In this document: positions 9,595 to 20,831 of the stretch, piece after piece
Layout: each line of letters opens with the position of its first letter
Position numbering within the stretch: the first letter of the stretch is position 1
Assembly (NCBI GenBank): GCA_025558095.1
Contig: JAIVFI010000006.1
Location: 806,001-870,000, forward strand
Source of the DNA: Hyaloraphidium curvatum SAG 235-1
Lineage: Eukaryota; Fungi; Monoblepharomycota
Direction: 5' to 3'
DNA: 64,000 nucleotides
Program-made: the position numbers and the translations under genes
Notes under the pieces: model-generated
Database searches by the model: none
The model's input: the letters and a program-made list of their open reading frames with translations, nothing else
Told to the model about the DNA's origin: nothing

Positions 9595-11843
9595 CTACGC
9601 GGCCCACCGCGATCTCTTCCTCTTCCTCTCTCTCCTTCGCTCGTCGTAGTCCTCAGGTGGAGGCTGGTTCTTGGGGCCCCTCCCCGGGCTCCGCGGGGGC
9701 GGGATCACTTCGGGATCGATGTCGTCGGGGCTGCCCAAGCCGTCGTCCTCGCCCGTGGAGCCGTCGTCCTCGCCCGTGGACCCGTCGTCGTCGCCCTCGG
9801 ATCCATCCTCATCGCCTCCGAGGGTTCCGTCGTCTTCTCCCGTATCCTCGTCGCCTCCGTCGCCGTCCGTCCCGCCCGTCGCCGTCACCGGGAGCTTCGC
9901 CTTCTTGGGCGGCGGGAGCTTGTCCCTGGCTCCCGGCACGAGCTTGTCCAGATCCGGGAGGAACAGCTCCTCCAGGTCGTCCTTGACGGGCATGTTCTTG
10001 GACTGCAGCCCGGGCAGGTTGGCCCCCGGCCCGTCGGCGTCGTCGGCGAAGTTGAGCAGCTCGGCGATCTCCTCGTCCGTCATGCCCGCGAGCAGCTTGT
10101 CGACCTCCTTGCCGATGTCGTACTTGAACACCTGCGTGGGCTTCTGCGGCGCCACGGGCGCCTCGGTGATGGCCGTCAGCTCCGTGTTGTCGTTGTCAAC
10201 GGCCTTGAAGCCGCCCTCCATGATGCTGTCCAGCGTGATGCCCATGCTGGTGAAGAAAGGCAGGGCCAAGATGTCGTTGACGTTGTCCAGGCGCTTGTTG
10301 GTCCCGGTCAGATCCTTGGATGTCAGCTTCTGGATCAGCTGCTTGGTCTGCTGCAGAGCGGTCGCATCCGTGATCCACCTGTCGAGCTCGGCGTAGTTGT
10401 AGGGCTGCGACACCCAGTCAGCGCGGCCCGCTGCGGATCGACGGCGGCCCACCTTTGTGAAATCGGCCCGGAACGTGTCCATACCCCCGGCCTTGAAAAC
10501 GGGGCCGCGGTACGGCGAATCTTCGTTGCCGTTCCCCGTGAAGAGATCCCAGATTGCCATCCCGAGCGGGTACCAGTCGGATGCGGCACCGTAGATGAGC
10601 CGGGACTTGAGGGCCTCCAGCTGCTTCGAATACTCGTTGAGGCGAACGAGCGCATTCGCCTTGGCGACCTCCCAAACTTGCGTCTTGAAGTCGATCTTTT
10701 TCAGGTAGGCCTTGACGGTCTTGCTGTCCGTGTTCTTGCCCTTTGCCTCGAACTCCTTCAGCTTGGCCTCGATCGGAGCCATGACGGCGTCGAAATCCTC
10801 CTCGACGATCTGCTTCCTGCGCGCGATGATGGTTTCGTAGACGAACATTTCGGGGGCTCGGCGCTTGACGTCGTCGGTCCCTGGCGGGCGGCGCGCGGGT
10901 CAGCGGCCGCCGCGCGGAAGCTCCCGGCGGCGCTCCCACAGATGGCGGCACCGTTCGGGTCGTCCCCGTAGGGATACAGGCTGATCCATTTGCCCATCCA
11001 CTTGCGCCTGATGTGCAACCCGGCGAGCTGGCCTTGCAGCTCGGACCAGATCAGGGGGGGGGAGTTGAGGATCGCCGTGCCGAAATCCGCGAGGCGCACG
11101 TGGCCGTCCCGACCGACGAGGAAGTTGCCGGCCTGAAAGATCGGCCGGCGAGTTATCAGGTGGATATCCAGAAAACACCCGTAATTCCCCACCTTGATGT
11201 CGCGGTGGAGGTACCCTTTCCAGTGCAGCACGGCGACGGCAGCCACCATCTCGGCCACCATCTTGCGGGTGTCGGGCAGCGTGGGGTCCATGGCTATGGG
11301 GTTTCCCTGGTGGTCCTTCAGGTAGTTCGTCATCGCACCGCGATGGGCGGTCGTGAGGAAGAGGTTCTGCTCCAGCCCGACTTCCTGGTGGCCGAGGTAG
11401 TGCACCATGAACGGCAGCCCGTTGACGTCCTGGAGCACCGCGACCTCGACGTCGAACGCGTCCTTCTGGTCCCTGGTCCGCGTGTCGAGCCGGTCTTCGC
11501 CCTGGGACACCTTGAGGATGCAGCTCTGCTCGCGGGCGTTGCCGAGCCTGCCGCGCGAGTTGCCCGCCTTGAGCACGAGCTTGTACACCTGGCCCTGGGC
11601 GCCGAACGCGATCTGCGTCGAGGTCCACTTGGAGAGGTCCAGGAACTCGCGCTTCAGGACCTTTGCCGCGCCCTGCTTGAAGCGGGCCTTGTACGCCGAG
11701 ATGGGATCCGACGGGCCCTTTGCGGGGACAAAGTTCTTGGTCCTGTCCACGTTGTTGGGCTTCGGCTTGCGCTCCGTGGCCAGCGCGGCGTGGGCGAGCA
11801 GCACGAGCAGGAGGACGGCGAGGAGCGCCGCGCGCGGCGCCAT
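9595..11843 (-). CDS. Signal-peptide-containing Ser/Thr protein kinase with acidic/Pro-rich C-terminal tail (introns 11133-11192, 10881-10939, 10405-10452)
   Basis: N-terminal MAPRAALLAVLLLVLLAHAALA; GAQGQVY, ILK, DVE; after splicing HRDIKAGN, DFG, APE and SDWYPLG. Confidence 0.8.
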
Positions 11844-12225
11844 CGCGAGGCGTGTCCCGCGAGAGGCACGGCCGCACGCACTCGGGGTACTCGGTGCGGT
11901 GCTTTCGCCGGCGCGACCCGGCTAGGGCGATCCACCGAGGGCCGGGGGCAGGATGGGTCGGAGGTCCGGTGGGGGCCTGCACCCGTTTTCCCGCCACCGA
12001 CAGGACGAGGTCCAACAGAGGCGGGCGACACTGACGCTACGCAGGTCAATAGTTTCACCGCGGAGCACGGCCCGCGATGGATGGTGATTGGCCGGACCAT
12101 TCGCCATCGGATTGACACGCTGCTTTCGTTCGTCTTCCTTGATCCCCATCGGCTTGTCGAGCTCGCACCGCCGACGTCCTCGTCGCTCGCCTTCACCGGT
12201 CCTCCACACACGTCCCTTCCCGGCA

Positions 12226-12897
12226 TCACGCATCGGGCGGGGTCTCGTAGCTCGCCAGCAGCATGCTCTCCGGCTCGGCCAGCGCCTCCCTGTACCACCG
12301 GTCGACCAGCGGGTGCGCGCGCACCGCGGCCACGTACTTGCGGCTGGTGTCCGAAAGCTCCGGCTGCCATGTGATGAACCTCCCGACGACGGGCGCGTAC
12401 ATGGCGTCCGCCAGCCCGAAACTGCCGCCGAAGAGGAACGGCCCGCCGTGCTCGGCGAGGCACTCCTCCCAGATCCTTTCAACCCGCGCGATGTCCGCCA
12501 GCGCGGCCGGCGTCCGCCCGAGCCCGGCGAAATCGCGGCCGGCGTTGAACCACATGTTCTGCCTGAGGCCGCGGAAGCCGGTCGCCATCTCGGCCGAAAT
12601 CGAACGCGCCACGGCGCGGGCGGCGGGGTTGGCGGGCCACAGCCCCGGCTTCTGCTCCGCGCAGTACTCGCAGATCGACAGGCTCTCCCACACGCGCACC
12701 CCCTTGTGCTCCAGGTAGGGCACCAGGCCCGCCGGCGTGCGGGACTTGATGTCGGGGGTGCTCGCGGCGCCGTCGGTCCGCACGAACGGGATCACCGCCT
12801 CCTCGACGTCCAGGCCCGCGAGGTGCACGGCCAGCCAGCCGCGCATGGACCACGAGGAGTAGCGCTTGTTGCCGAGCAGCAGGCGGCCGTCGGGCAT
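12226..12897 (-). CDS. Glutathione S-transferase, bacterial-type, intronless
   Basis: MPDGRLLLGNKRYSSWSMRGWL, GLVPYL, VWESLSICEY, GPFLFG and ADAMYAPVV. Confidence 0.9.
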   Translation of the reverse strand: MPDGRLLLGNKRYSSWSMRGWLAVHLAGLDVEEAVIPFVRTDGAASTPDIKSRTPAGLVPYLEHKGVRVWESLSICEYCAEQKPGLWPANPAARAVARSISAEMATGFRGLRQNMWFNAGRDFAGLGRTPAALADIARVERIWEECLAEHGGPFLFGGSFGLADAMYAPVVGRFITWQPELSDTSRKYVAAVRAHPLVDRWYREALAEPESMLLASYETPPDA

Positions 12898-12982
12898 CGC
12901 GGCGACGGGGCAATCGCGGGACAAGGGAATCCTTTGCCCGACGCTGCAAGCGAGAGAGTGCTTCCGCCGCGTTCGCGTCGCC

Positions 12983-13521
12983 ATGTCGGCGTTGGAACGG
13001 GAGAAAAACGCGTCTTCCGGAGCAGAGAACCACGCATCGGAGCTGGCTGGCCGGATTCCGCGATACCGGGCCTCCCCCGGGAAATCGCCCTCCTAGTCCT
13101 CGACTTGGTCCTGACGGACGATCCCGCCTCGGACGACCGGGACGACGCCGCAGAATTCGCCCTCGCCGGCAGGGCGTGCAGCGGGCTGGCGCTGCCTCTC
13201 GTCGCCCGAGAGCTCTGGCTGGGCCTCATGACGGACGACCGGAGCGGTGCGCGCGGTCGTGCGGGATCCGGCGCGGTACGGCCGCGTCGGCTGTTTTGGA
13301 ACAGGAATTTCGGCGGAAAGCACAAGGATGATGCTTGTTGGGCCGCGTATTCGGATATGTGGCGCCTGCTCGCCGGGACCGAGGAGCACGGTGGAGGTCA
13401 CGAGGCACGAGTACGAATAGGACGCGGCTGTCGGCTGCAGGTGCGGGGTCCCGCGCAAAGGGGGGCAAGATCGCGATCTAGTAGCCAGCTCATGTGGAGC
13501 AGAATAGTGATGAAGCTATAA
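12983..13521 (+). pseudogene. Truncated F-box-like paralog of the 28251-29330 gene
   Basis: SAIPGLPREIALLVLDLVL...FALAGRACSGLALPLVARELWL aligns with AAIPGLPLEIALIILERVL...FALAIRACSEIALPLLSRDLWL. The ATG reaches this frame only via a frameshift or a 35-nt intron (12991-13025), and the reading ends after ~165 aa. Confidence 0.55.
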
Positions 13522-13544
13522 TACCTGAAGAACGAGGGCATCCA

Positions 13545-14552
13545 TCACGCCCCCTCGCATGGCCCCCCGCGGCCACCGCCCTTCATGTGCCACGCCAATG
13601 CCGTCCGAACGATCGTATCCAGGTCCGAACACCTGGGCTCCCACCCCAGCAGCTCCCCCGCCCTCCCCGGCGCAGCCACCAGCGCCGGGGGATCCCCCGC
13701 CCGCCGGGGTGCGTCGACGCACGGCACCGGCCTCCCCGCCGCGCGCTCGACCGCCGCGACGACCTCGCGGACGGATCGGCCTCGGCCCGTGCCGAGGTTC
13801 AGGCAGGTTGGTGGGCCGCCGGAGAAGAGGTACCCCAGCGCGCGGACGTGCGCGTCCGCGAGGTCCGCCACGTGCACGTAGTCCCTGACCGCGGTCCCGT
13901 CCGGCGTGGGGTAGTCTGTCCCCAGCACCTGCAACGCGGGCCCGCCCAGCGCCGCGGCTACGGCGAGCGGGACTAGGTGGGTCTCGGGGTCGTGCCGCTC
14001 GCCGAGCTCCCCGTCCGGGTCGGCGCCGGCGGCGTTGAAATACCGCAGGGCAACGTATTTGAGGCCGTGGGCGAGGGAGTGCCAGTGCAGCGCGCGCTCG
14101 AGAAATAGCTTGGACTCGCCGTAAGGATTCACAGGCCGCTGGATGGCGTCTTCGTGGATGGGCACGGCGTCGGGCGCGCCGTAGGTGGCGCACGACGAGG
14201 AGAAGACGATTGTGCGGACGCCGGCGGATCGCATGGCCTCGAGGAGCTCCAGCGAGTTGGCGACGTTGTTGGAGAAGTACTTTCCCGGGTCGGCCATGCT
14301 CTCGCCCACGTAGGCGTGCGCGGCAAAGTGCACGACGGCCGAGATGGCGTGCTCGCGCAGGGCGCGCTCCACGGCGGCGCGGTCGCCCACGCACGCCCGC
14401 ACCAGCGGGCCCCAGCGCACGTCCTCGGCGTGGCCGCCGCCGAGGGTGTCGAGCACCACGGGGACGTAGCCCGCCGCCGCGAGCGCCTTGCACGTGTGCG
14501 ATCCGATGTATCCGGCGCCGCCCGTGACCAGGACGCGCGGCGCGCTCCTCAT
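13545..14552 (-). CDS. galE: UDP-glucose 4-epimerase, intronless, bacterial-like
   Basis: VTGGAGYIGSH, HFAAHAYVGES, FSSSCATYG, YGESK (YxxxK), LRYFNAAGA, DGTAVRDYVHV. Confidence 0.93.
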   Translation of the reverse strand: MRSAPRVLVTGGAGYIGSHTCKALAAAGYVPVVLDTLGGGHAEDVRWGPLVRACVGDRAAVERALREHAISAVVHFAAHAYVGESMADPGKYFSNNVANSLELLEAMRSAGVRTIVFSSSCATYGAPDAVPIHEDAIQRPVNPYGESKLFLERALHWHSLAHGLKYVALRYFNAAGADPDGELGERHDPETHLVPLAVAAALGGPALQVLGTDYPTPDGTAVRDYVHVADLADAHVRALGYLFSGGPPTCLNLGTGRGRSVREVVAAVERAAGRPVPCVDAPRRAGDPPALVAAPGRAGELLGWEPRCSDLDTIVRTALAWHMKGGGRGGPCEGA

Positions 14553-14597
14553 TTCGGGCCGGCGCGGCCCTTGTTTGTGCAAGGGCACAGCGGGTTT

Positions 14598-14825
14598 AGG
14601 GGGGGTTGCCCGGGCTGGTGAGTGACTCGCGATTGATTGAGGGACGCGCGGCGCGGCATGAGTCGCGGCGATCCGCCCCCGTAGCTAACGCCGTCGGCTA
14701 GAGAGCATCTGCAAATTGTGCCGCGCTGGATCCCCGCGGCCCTGCTCGAGCTGGGCTTCGCAGTCGGCACGTCTCTGCCCCGCGGCGGCGGGACCCGTTG
14801 CCCGCCCGCCTCCGCCCGCCGCCTC
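14598..14825 (+). repeat. Degenerate direct duplicate of the promoter and 5' end of the 15321 gene (partner ~15221-15425)
   Basis: gagagcatctgcaaattgtgccgcgctggatccccgcggccctgctcgagctgggcttcgcagtcggc vs gagagcatctgcgaattatgccgcgctgggtccccgccgcgctgctcgcgctgggcttcgccgtcggc. The ATG is changed to GTG in the copy. Confidence 0.85.
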
Positions 14826-15320
14826 GCCCCAAAACCGTTCTAACGGGGCCGAAGTGCGCCTGCTTCTGCTACGCGGGAGTTTCAACGCCGAGCCGTACCT
14901 CCGGCTGCAATACGTGGAAGCCGTCCGGATGACTGAACCTTCGACCTTTGATTCCGCAGTACCCCGTCCAATTTATCGAAGCTGGAGGCTCTACGGCGAC
15001 TCTAACTCTCCCTACCTAACCCGTCCTCCCATCTCAAAGTCTCCCTCGTTCCCCCCTTCTCCCGTTTCGCCTGATCGAAGCGGACTACGGGTAAGTTTGC
15101 AGGAACGGAGATGGTGGGCCGTGCTTTCCGCCGTGGGGACCTCACTGTCTAGTACTGCGACCAATACTGCCCAACAGGACCTTATTTCGGCCAACGCGGG
15201 CCTGCGAGGAACTAGGGATACAGGGGGTTGGGTGGGCTGGTCTGGACCCAAGGACCCGATGCCTGAGTCGTCGCGGGCGATTCGGCCGCGATTGGGACCG
15301 ACCGAGAGCATCTGCGAATT

Positions 15321-17294
15321 ATGCCGCGCTGGGTCCCCGCCGCGCTGCTCGCGCTGGGCTTCGCCGTCGGCGCGTCTGTGTCCCGCCGCGGGTCCTGCCC
15401 GCCGCCCGCCGTCGCCGCCGCACCGCCGCCGCCGCGCACGCTACGCTTCTCCGTATGCGACGGCATGGCGCACCAGCGCATCGCTCTCGCGTATGGCCTG
15501 CAGCTGGCGCGCGATGCCGGCCGCGCGGCCGTGCTGCCGCTGCTGCTCGCCGACGGGACGCCGGAGACTGACGACGGCGTGGAGCGCAGCGGGGTGCCCT
15601 TCTCCGACTTCTACGACGAGGAGCAGTTCCTGCGGACCATGGCGGCCATCGGCTTGCGTGTGCTGCTCCGCCCCGATGCGCCTCCGGCCGTGGCGTCCGA
15701 CCCGCGCCGACTGTGGAGCCCCGAGTCGCCCGCCCATGCCGAGATCGGCTGTCCGATCTTCATCAAAGGCGCAAAACTGGACGCCGAGCTCGCTGCTACC
15801 GTCTTTGCCGCGCTGATGCCGGCCGAGCCCATCAGGCGGGCTGTAGAGGCCGCCGACGCCGCCATGCGGCGGCTCTCTCCCACCCACTCCTACTCGGTGC
15901 TGCACCTGCGGGCCGAGGCGGACTGGGTGGCTCACTGCGCGCGGTGGGCGGCCATCCGCGACGGCAGGGCGCGGGACAACTGCCTCAACGGGACCGAAAC
16001 CGTCGGCGCCGAGCTGGCAGCGCGCTTCTACCCCGCGGATCACCCCGTGCTGGTCGTCACGCGGAAGGCCGAGGTCGATCCCGCTACCCTCAAGTCAGCG
16101 ATCGGGTCGCTCGAGGCGCACGGTTACCGCCCCGTCTTCCGCGAGGACCTCGGGCTCAGGAAGCCCGAGGGTCGCGAGCACGCGGCGCTCGTCGACTTTG
16201 AGCTGGCGCTCAAGGCCGAGGCCTTTGCCGGTAACAGCGTCTCTTTCTTGTCCTCCCTGATCATCGTCGCCCGCCGTCGTGCCCGCCGCTACGCGACATG
16301 GTACAACTCGGGCTCCATGCCTCTCCTGCATTCCACCACCCCGGACCTGCTCCAGCTGCCCGTGCTCCTGACGTGGTACTGCGGCGACAGCAACGGCGAC
16401 AATTCGACCTGGGCCCGCATGGCCGCCGACGCCGTCACCTCGGCGATCGACCCCGGGGGCGCGCGCGTGTACGTCCTCTGGGCCGGCCGCCCGGCGGCGG
16501 GCAACCCCCTCGCCGCCACCTTCCGCTCCCTCGGTGCCACAATCGTCCAACACACCCCCACATGGGGCGAGGAAATGTACCAGGAGGCCCAGCGCCGCCG
16601 CGAGGTGGCCGACCGGTATTCCCCCCTGTACGCCTCCCGCGCATCCGTCATCTCGACCTACCTCCGCATCGACGGGCCCCTGCTGCGCGAGCTGGGACAG
16701 TACAACTACGTTCTGTACATGGACGGCGACGCCGTCGTCCTGCGTCGCCTCGCGCTCTCCCTCTTCCCGGACCCGCTTCCTCGCGCACACCTCATGGGGT
16801 ACGAGATGGTCGAGACCTTCCCCTACAACGCCGGCGTCTCGCTGATGAACCTCCCCCGCCTCCGCACATCTCGCGACGCCTTCCTCGCGTGGATCCTCTC
16901 CCGCAAGAACGGCCTGCTCTACGACCAACCGGCCATGTACGGCGTCGTGGACCAGGGCGCCATCAACCAGTTCTACGAAGCCGACGTGCGCCCGCTGCTG
17001 CTGCCCGCGCGGTTCAACGCAAAGCCGTACCTCGGGCCGGTCCAGGATGCGGCGGTGGCGCATTTCCATGGGCCCAAGGCCGCCGATTTCGTGCGGTTCG
17101 TGGAGACGGGGTCCTGCGGGAGGTTCAAGGGGATGTGCAGGATGGCGATGGCGGGCGCGGCGTGCGGGTATGCCGAGGAGGCGGTGAGGGCGGTGCCGAG
17201 GTTGGCGACCGCGTCGGATCTCAGGGCGCTGGCGAGGGCATGCGAGAGGATCGGGCTGAGGGTGAAGGCGCAGAAGGGAGACGGGGAGGCGTAG
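15321..17294 (+). CDS. Two-domain glycosyltransferase: O-fucosyltransferase-like (GT-B) plus GT8-like (GT-A), intronless
   Basis: N-terminal signal/anchor. O-FucT-like: DGMAHQRIAL, LHLRAEADW, ALVDFELALKAEAFAGNSVS. GT8-like: YLRID, VLYMDGD (DxD), NAGVSLMNL, DQGAIN, HFHGPK. Confidence 0.82.
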   Translation: MPRWVPAALLALGFAVGASVSRRGSCPPPAVAAAPPPPRTLRFSVCDGMAHQRIALAYGLQLARDAGRAAVLPLLLADGTPETDDGVERSGVPFSDFYDEEQFLRTMAAIGLRVLLRPDAPPAVASDPRRLWSPESPAHAEIGCPIFIKGAKLDAELAATVFAALMPAEPIRRAVEAADAAMRRLSPTHSYSVLHLRAEADWVAHCARWAAIRDGRARDNCLNGTETVGAELAARFYPADHPVLVVTRKAEVDPATLKSAIGSLEAHGYRPVFREDLGLRKPEGREHAALVDFELALKAEAFAGNSVSFLSSLIIVARRRARRYATWYNSGSMPLLHSTTPDLLQLPVLLTWYCGDSNGDNSTWARMAADAVTSAIDPGGARVYVLWAGRPAAGNPLAATFRSLGATIVQHTPTWGEEMYQEAQRRREVADRYSPLYASRASVISTYLRIDGPLLRELGQYNYVLYMDGDAVVLRRLALSLFPDPLPRAHLMGYEMVETFPYNAGVSLMNLPRLRTSRDAFLAWILSRKNGLLYDQPAMYGVVDQGAINQFYEADVRPLLLPARFNAKPYLGPVQDAAVAHFHGPKAADFVRFVETGSCGRFKGMCRMAMAGAACGYAEEAVRAVPRLATASDLRALARACERIGLRVKAQKGDGEA

Positions 17295-17571
17295 CAGTCA
17301 GTGGCGGCGCGGGGCGCCAAACGATAATTGCGGACGACTTCGGTAGCCGTTGGAGATTCGGGCCGATGGCGCATCCATTGAGCAGAGCTGGAGGAGATTC
17401 TCCCGGCGGTCGGTGACGGATTCCCGACCACCCTCGAGATCAGACCAGACCAGAAGCCGCCCTCCATTTCTCCACCCGGCAAACCGACCGAACGGCCCAT
17501 CCGAGCGCTCTCCATATCCTACCGATGTCCCAAATAGCACCCCACGCGCGCCGGCGGTGACTTTTCCCGCG

Positions 17572-18948
17572 ATGGACGGCCCCCCGCCGCGCACGACCTC
17601 CCTCGCGCCGGACGTCCGCCCGCTCCGCCGCGCCAAGCCGTGGCACCGCGAGCTGCGCGAGTACCTCTTCGGGCGGCCGCGGCGGCCCAAAAGCCTTGGC
17701 GGGGCGGCCGACGGGGGCGAAGAAGGGCTGGCGGACGCGCTCGGCTGCGGGACCGCGCGGAGCAGGCGGACGGTGCTGGCATTCGCCGTCGCCGCGCTGC
17801 TGTCGTACTTCGTTTCTTCGTACGCGATTCGGGCGGTGGACTGGGTTTTCGGCGGTGAAAAGCCGTCGCTGGACCTGGTGCGGACCGTGGTGACGACGGA
17901 CGCGGCGGGCAGGCGGGTGTCGGTGCAGCTGCCGCTGGGGACGGCCGCGAAGATCGCGGCGAGGGCGGCAGCAAAGGGACAAACCGATAACGGGGCGGCG
18001 GCCTCGGAGTTCCGCGAGCCCGCTTTCCGGATCCTCTACATCGGCGCCCGGGCCGACGACCAGCCCCAGCCGGCTCCCCCGTGCTTCCCGCGGATCATCC
18101 ACCAGACCTGGAAGGACCGCACCTCGGTCCCCGCCAAGTTCAAGGCGTGGTCTGACACGTGGAAGGCCCATCACCCCGGCTGGACGCACTATCTGTGGAC
18201 CGACGACGCCAACCGCGGCCTCGTGGCCTCGCACTACCCCTGGTTCCTGTACACGTACGACCGCCTCCCCCACGCCATCCAGCGGGTCGACGCGGCCCGG
18301 TTGTTCTACATGCACCGGTACGGCGGCGTCTACGCGGACCTGGACGTCGAGTGTTTGCGCCCGCTCGACCCCCTCGCCGAACGCTTGCGCGGCCGCGCCG
18401 CCGTGTTTTCCATGGGCAACCGCTGGGAATCCGGCGGCGACCCACGGCACGACCACGACCTGCCCAACGCGTTCATGGCCTCGGGCGCGCCGGGCCACCC
18501 GTTCTGGCTGCTGTGCGCGGGCATGGTGGCCGACTCTGCCGCGCGGTTCCGCGAGGCGCCGGAGCTGCTCGTCGACCCGGGCCGGATCGACGTGACCGAG
18601 GCCGTGGCGGGCCCCGTGCTCCTCCGGCGGTGCGTGCTCGAATGGCGCCGCCTCACCGCCGCGGGTGCGTCGGGCGGGGACGTGCTGGCGGTGGTCCCCG
18701 CGCCGCTGGTGTTCCCGTACGACTGGGCGTTCCCCACGGGGGGCGAGCAGGAGTGGAAGCTGTGCTGGACCAACTCGGACGCGTTCGACCGCGAGGCGTG
18801 CCTGCGGCTGCAGAGGGGCAAGGGGATCGACGGCGGGCGCGGGCCGTTCGCCATCACGTACTGGAGCAAGACGTGGTGGGTTTGGCCGGCCGGGGACGGT
18901 TTCATCCCGCCGCGAAGCATGCTGATCGGATCCCGGTCCCGTGTTTAG
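17572..18948 (+). CDS. GT32-family (Och1/Sur1-like) glycosyltransferase, type II membrane, intronless
   Basis: TM anchor, PRIIHQTWK, LWTD, DAARLFYMHRYGGVYADLD (DxD), NAFMAS..GHPFW, GPVLL. Confidence 0.88.
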   Translation: MDGPPPRTTSLAPDVRPLRRAKPWHRELREYLFGRPRRPKSLGGAADGGEEGLADALGCGTARSRRTVLAFAVAALLSYFVSSYAIRAVDWVFGGEKPSLDLVRTVVTTDAAGRRVSVQLPLGTAAKIAARAAAKGQTDNGAAASEFREPAFRILYIGARADDQPQPAPPCFPRIIHQTWKDRTSVPAKFKAWSDTWKAHHPGWTHYLWTDDANRGLVASHYPWFLYTYDRLPHAIQRVDAARLFYMHRYGGVYADLDVECLRPLDPLAERLRGRAAVFSMGNRWESGGDPRHDHDLPNAFMASGAPGHPFWLLCAGMVADSAARFREAPELLVDPGRIDVTEAVAGPVLLRRCVLEWRRLTAAGASGGDVLAVVPAPLVFPYDWAFPTGGEQEWKLCWTNSDAFDREACLRLQRGKGIDGGRGPFAITYWSKTWWVWPAGDGFIPPRSMLIGSRSRV

Positions 18949-19234
18949 GGCGCAAGGGACGGGCAGGGTCGAGTGAGGGCGGGGAGGCGGAGATAGCTGC
19001 TCTGGGCGGACCTGGATGACCGCGCCGATACCCCGTAAGCGGCAGCACAATGCCACGATACCCAGATGGACTAGAGGCAGCTATGGATCGGAAAAAGTGG
19101 TCCCGGGGCGGCATCCTTATCCGGTGATCGAGGACATCGCGGATGGGTCGTGACCCGTTTGGCGGGCTGGCGGACTCCCCATTTGGGTCCCCACCGGGTG
19201 TGCCCGCAGCGCGCGGGCGCCGCTCCAGCGCGCC

Positions 19235-20831
19235 ATGGGCGGCGCCGACGACGCGGCGGCGGGCGGCCGCGGGACGGCGGCGGACCGTGCGGACGGCGGC
19301 GGCGTGCTGGTCGCGGCCGCCGCGCAACCGCTGCCCGCGGAGGTGCCCGCCGCCGAGGCCGCGGACCGTGCGGAATCGCAGGCGACGGATTCGGACGGTG
19401 CCGAGACGGCGGCCGCCGCGGAGGAGGAGGCGGGGCCGGCGGACTGCGTGGGGGACGCCGGCGCGGACTCCGCGGTGACCAACGCCACGCCGACGCTGCG
19501 GCAAATCGTCACCGAGACGATCGTGATCAATCCGGACATGACGCTGGTCGAGCTGCCGGCCTACTCGGACGCGGACGACACGGTGTTGAAGGGGTCGAGA
19601 CCGGCCGTGACCGCCGTTGTGCTGCTCTTTGGGTGGTGGGTGTCGCCGAAAGCGGGGCCAAATTCCGGCTCTCCGATTGTTTTTGCCGGTGTCTGTTGTG
19701 CTGGAATTGCCAATTGGTCGCGGGACTTTCGGTATTTTCGCTCGGGTTCGGCGCTGAGTCGAATCATCTCCCACGCAGGACCGGGTCGACGCTCCGGCAC
19801 GTCTCCAAGTACCGCCAACTCTACCACGAGCTGTCCCCCCTGCACCGCACCGCCGTCATCTCCCACGTGGCGTCGTATGCGGCCGGCACGGCTTCGCCCG
19901 CGGGCCTCGAGGCCTTCTTCCGCCCCCTCATCGACCTCCTCCTCGCGCACTACCCCTCCGTCTTTGACCTCTCCCTCCCCGACCCGCCGCAAAGGCCGCA
20001 CCTCATCGTGCACGCCTTCTCCAACGGCGGCTCGCACCAGCTGCACCACTTTTTCCGGTGCCTCAGGCTGCGCTTCCCCTCCCCCGCGCGGCACCTCCCC
20101 CTGACCTCGCTCATCGTCGACTCGGCCCCGGGCCGCAACACCGTCCGCGGGTTCGCCGAGTTCCTCCTCGTCGTGCTGCGCCTGCGGCGCACCGCGCTCT
20201 CGGTCGCCGCGTGCCACGCGCTCTCGTTCGTCGTGCAGTCGGCCGCCCTTTTCGTGCGCACGGCGTGGGCGCTGCTGCTGGGGCGGAAGAGGGACGGGCA
20301 CAAATGGGGGGTGCCGGACGATTTCTCGGAGCAGATCTTCGAGACGTACGGGTGCGGGCCGCCGCGGAGGGTGCCCGGGCTCGGGGGATCCGAGTGGACG
20401 CAGCGGTGCGGGAAGCTGCTCATCTACTCCGAGGTGGGGCCTCCGCTGAAGGTGCCGCGGGGACCGTTTGCTGACCCGGAGAGCAGATCGACCAGCTGAT
20501 CGACCACCGCGGCGTGCACGAGGTCGCCGACACGCTCCGCATCCGCGCCGCCGAGCGCGAGGCCCGCGGCGAGGCGGACGCGCACGGCTGGGTGGAGGAG
20601 ATGAAGTTCCTCGTGGGTCCCACCCCGTTCCGCCGCAAATCGGGCGCTGACCCCCGCGACCAGGACACGGACCACGTGGCGCACTACCTCGCCTACCCCG
20701 ACGCGTACCGGGACCGGCTGCGGAGCTTCCTGCAGCGGTGCGGGGTCGAGTGCATCGGGACGTTCGGGGACGGGGGCGCGGCGGCACGGCGCGCGGCGAA
20801 GGAGGCGGCGAGCAGGGCGGAGCGGGGCTGA
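19235..20831 (+). CDS. DUF829/TMEM53-like alpha/beta-hydrolase-fold protein (introns 19636-19778, 20434-20486)
   Basis: Spliced VVLLFGW-TGSTLRHVSKY, HAFSNGG, IVDSAPG, LIYSE-IDQLID, HVAHY. Confidence 0.82.
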
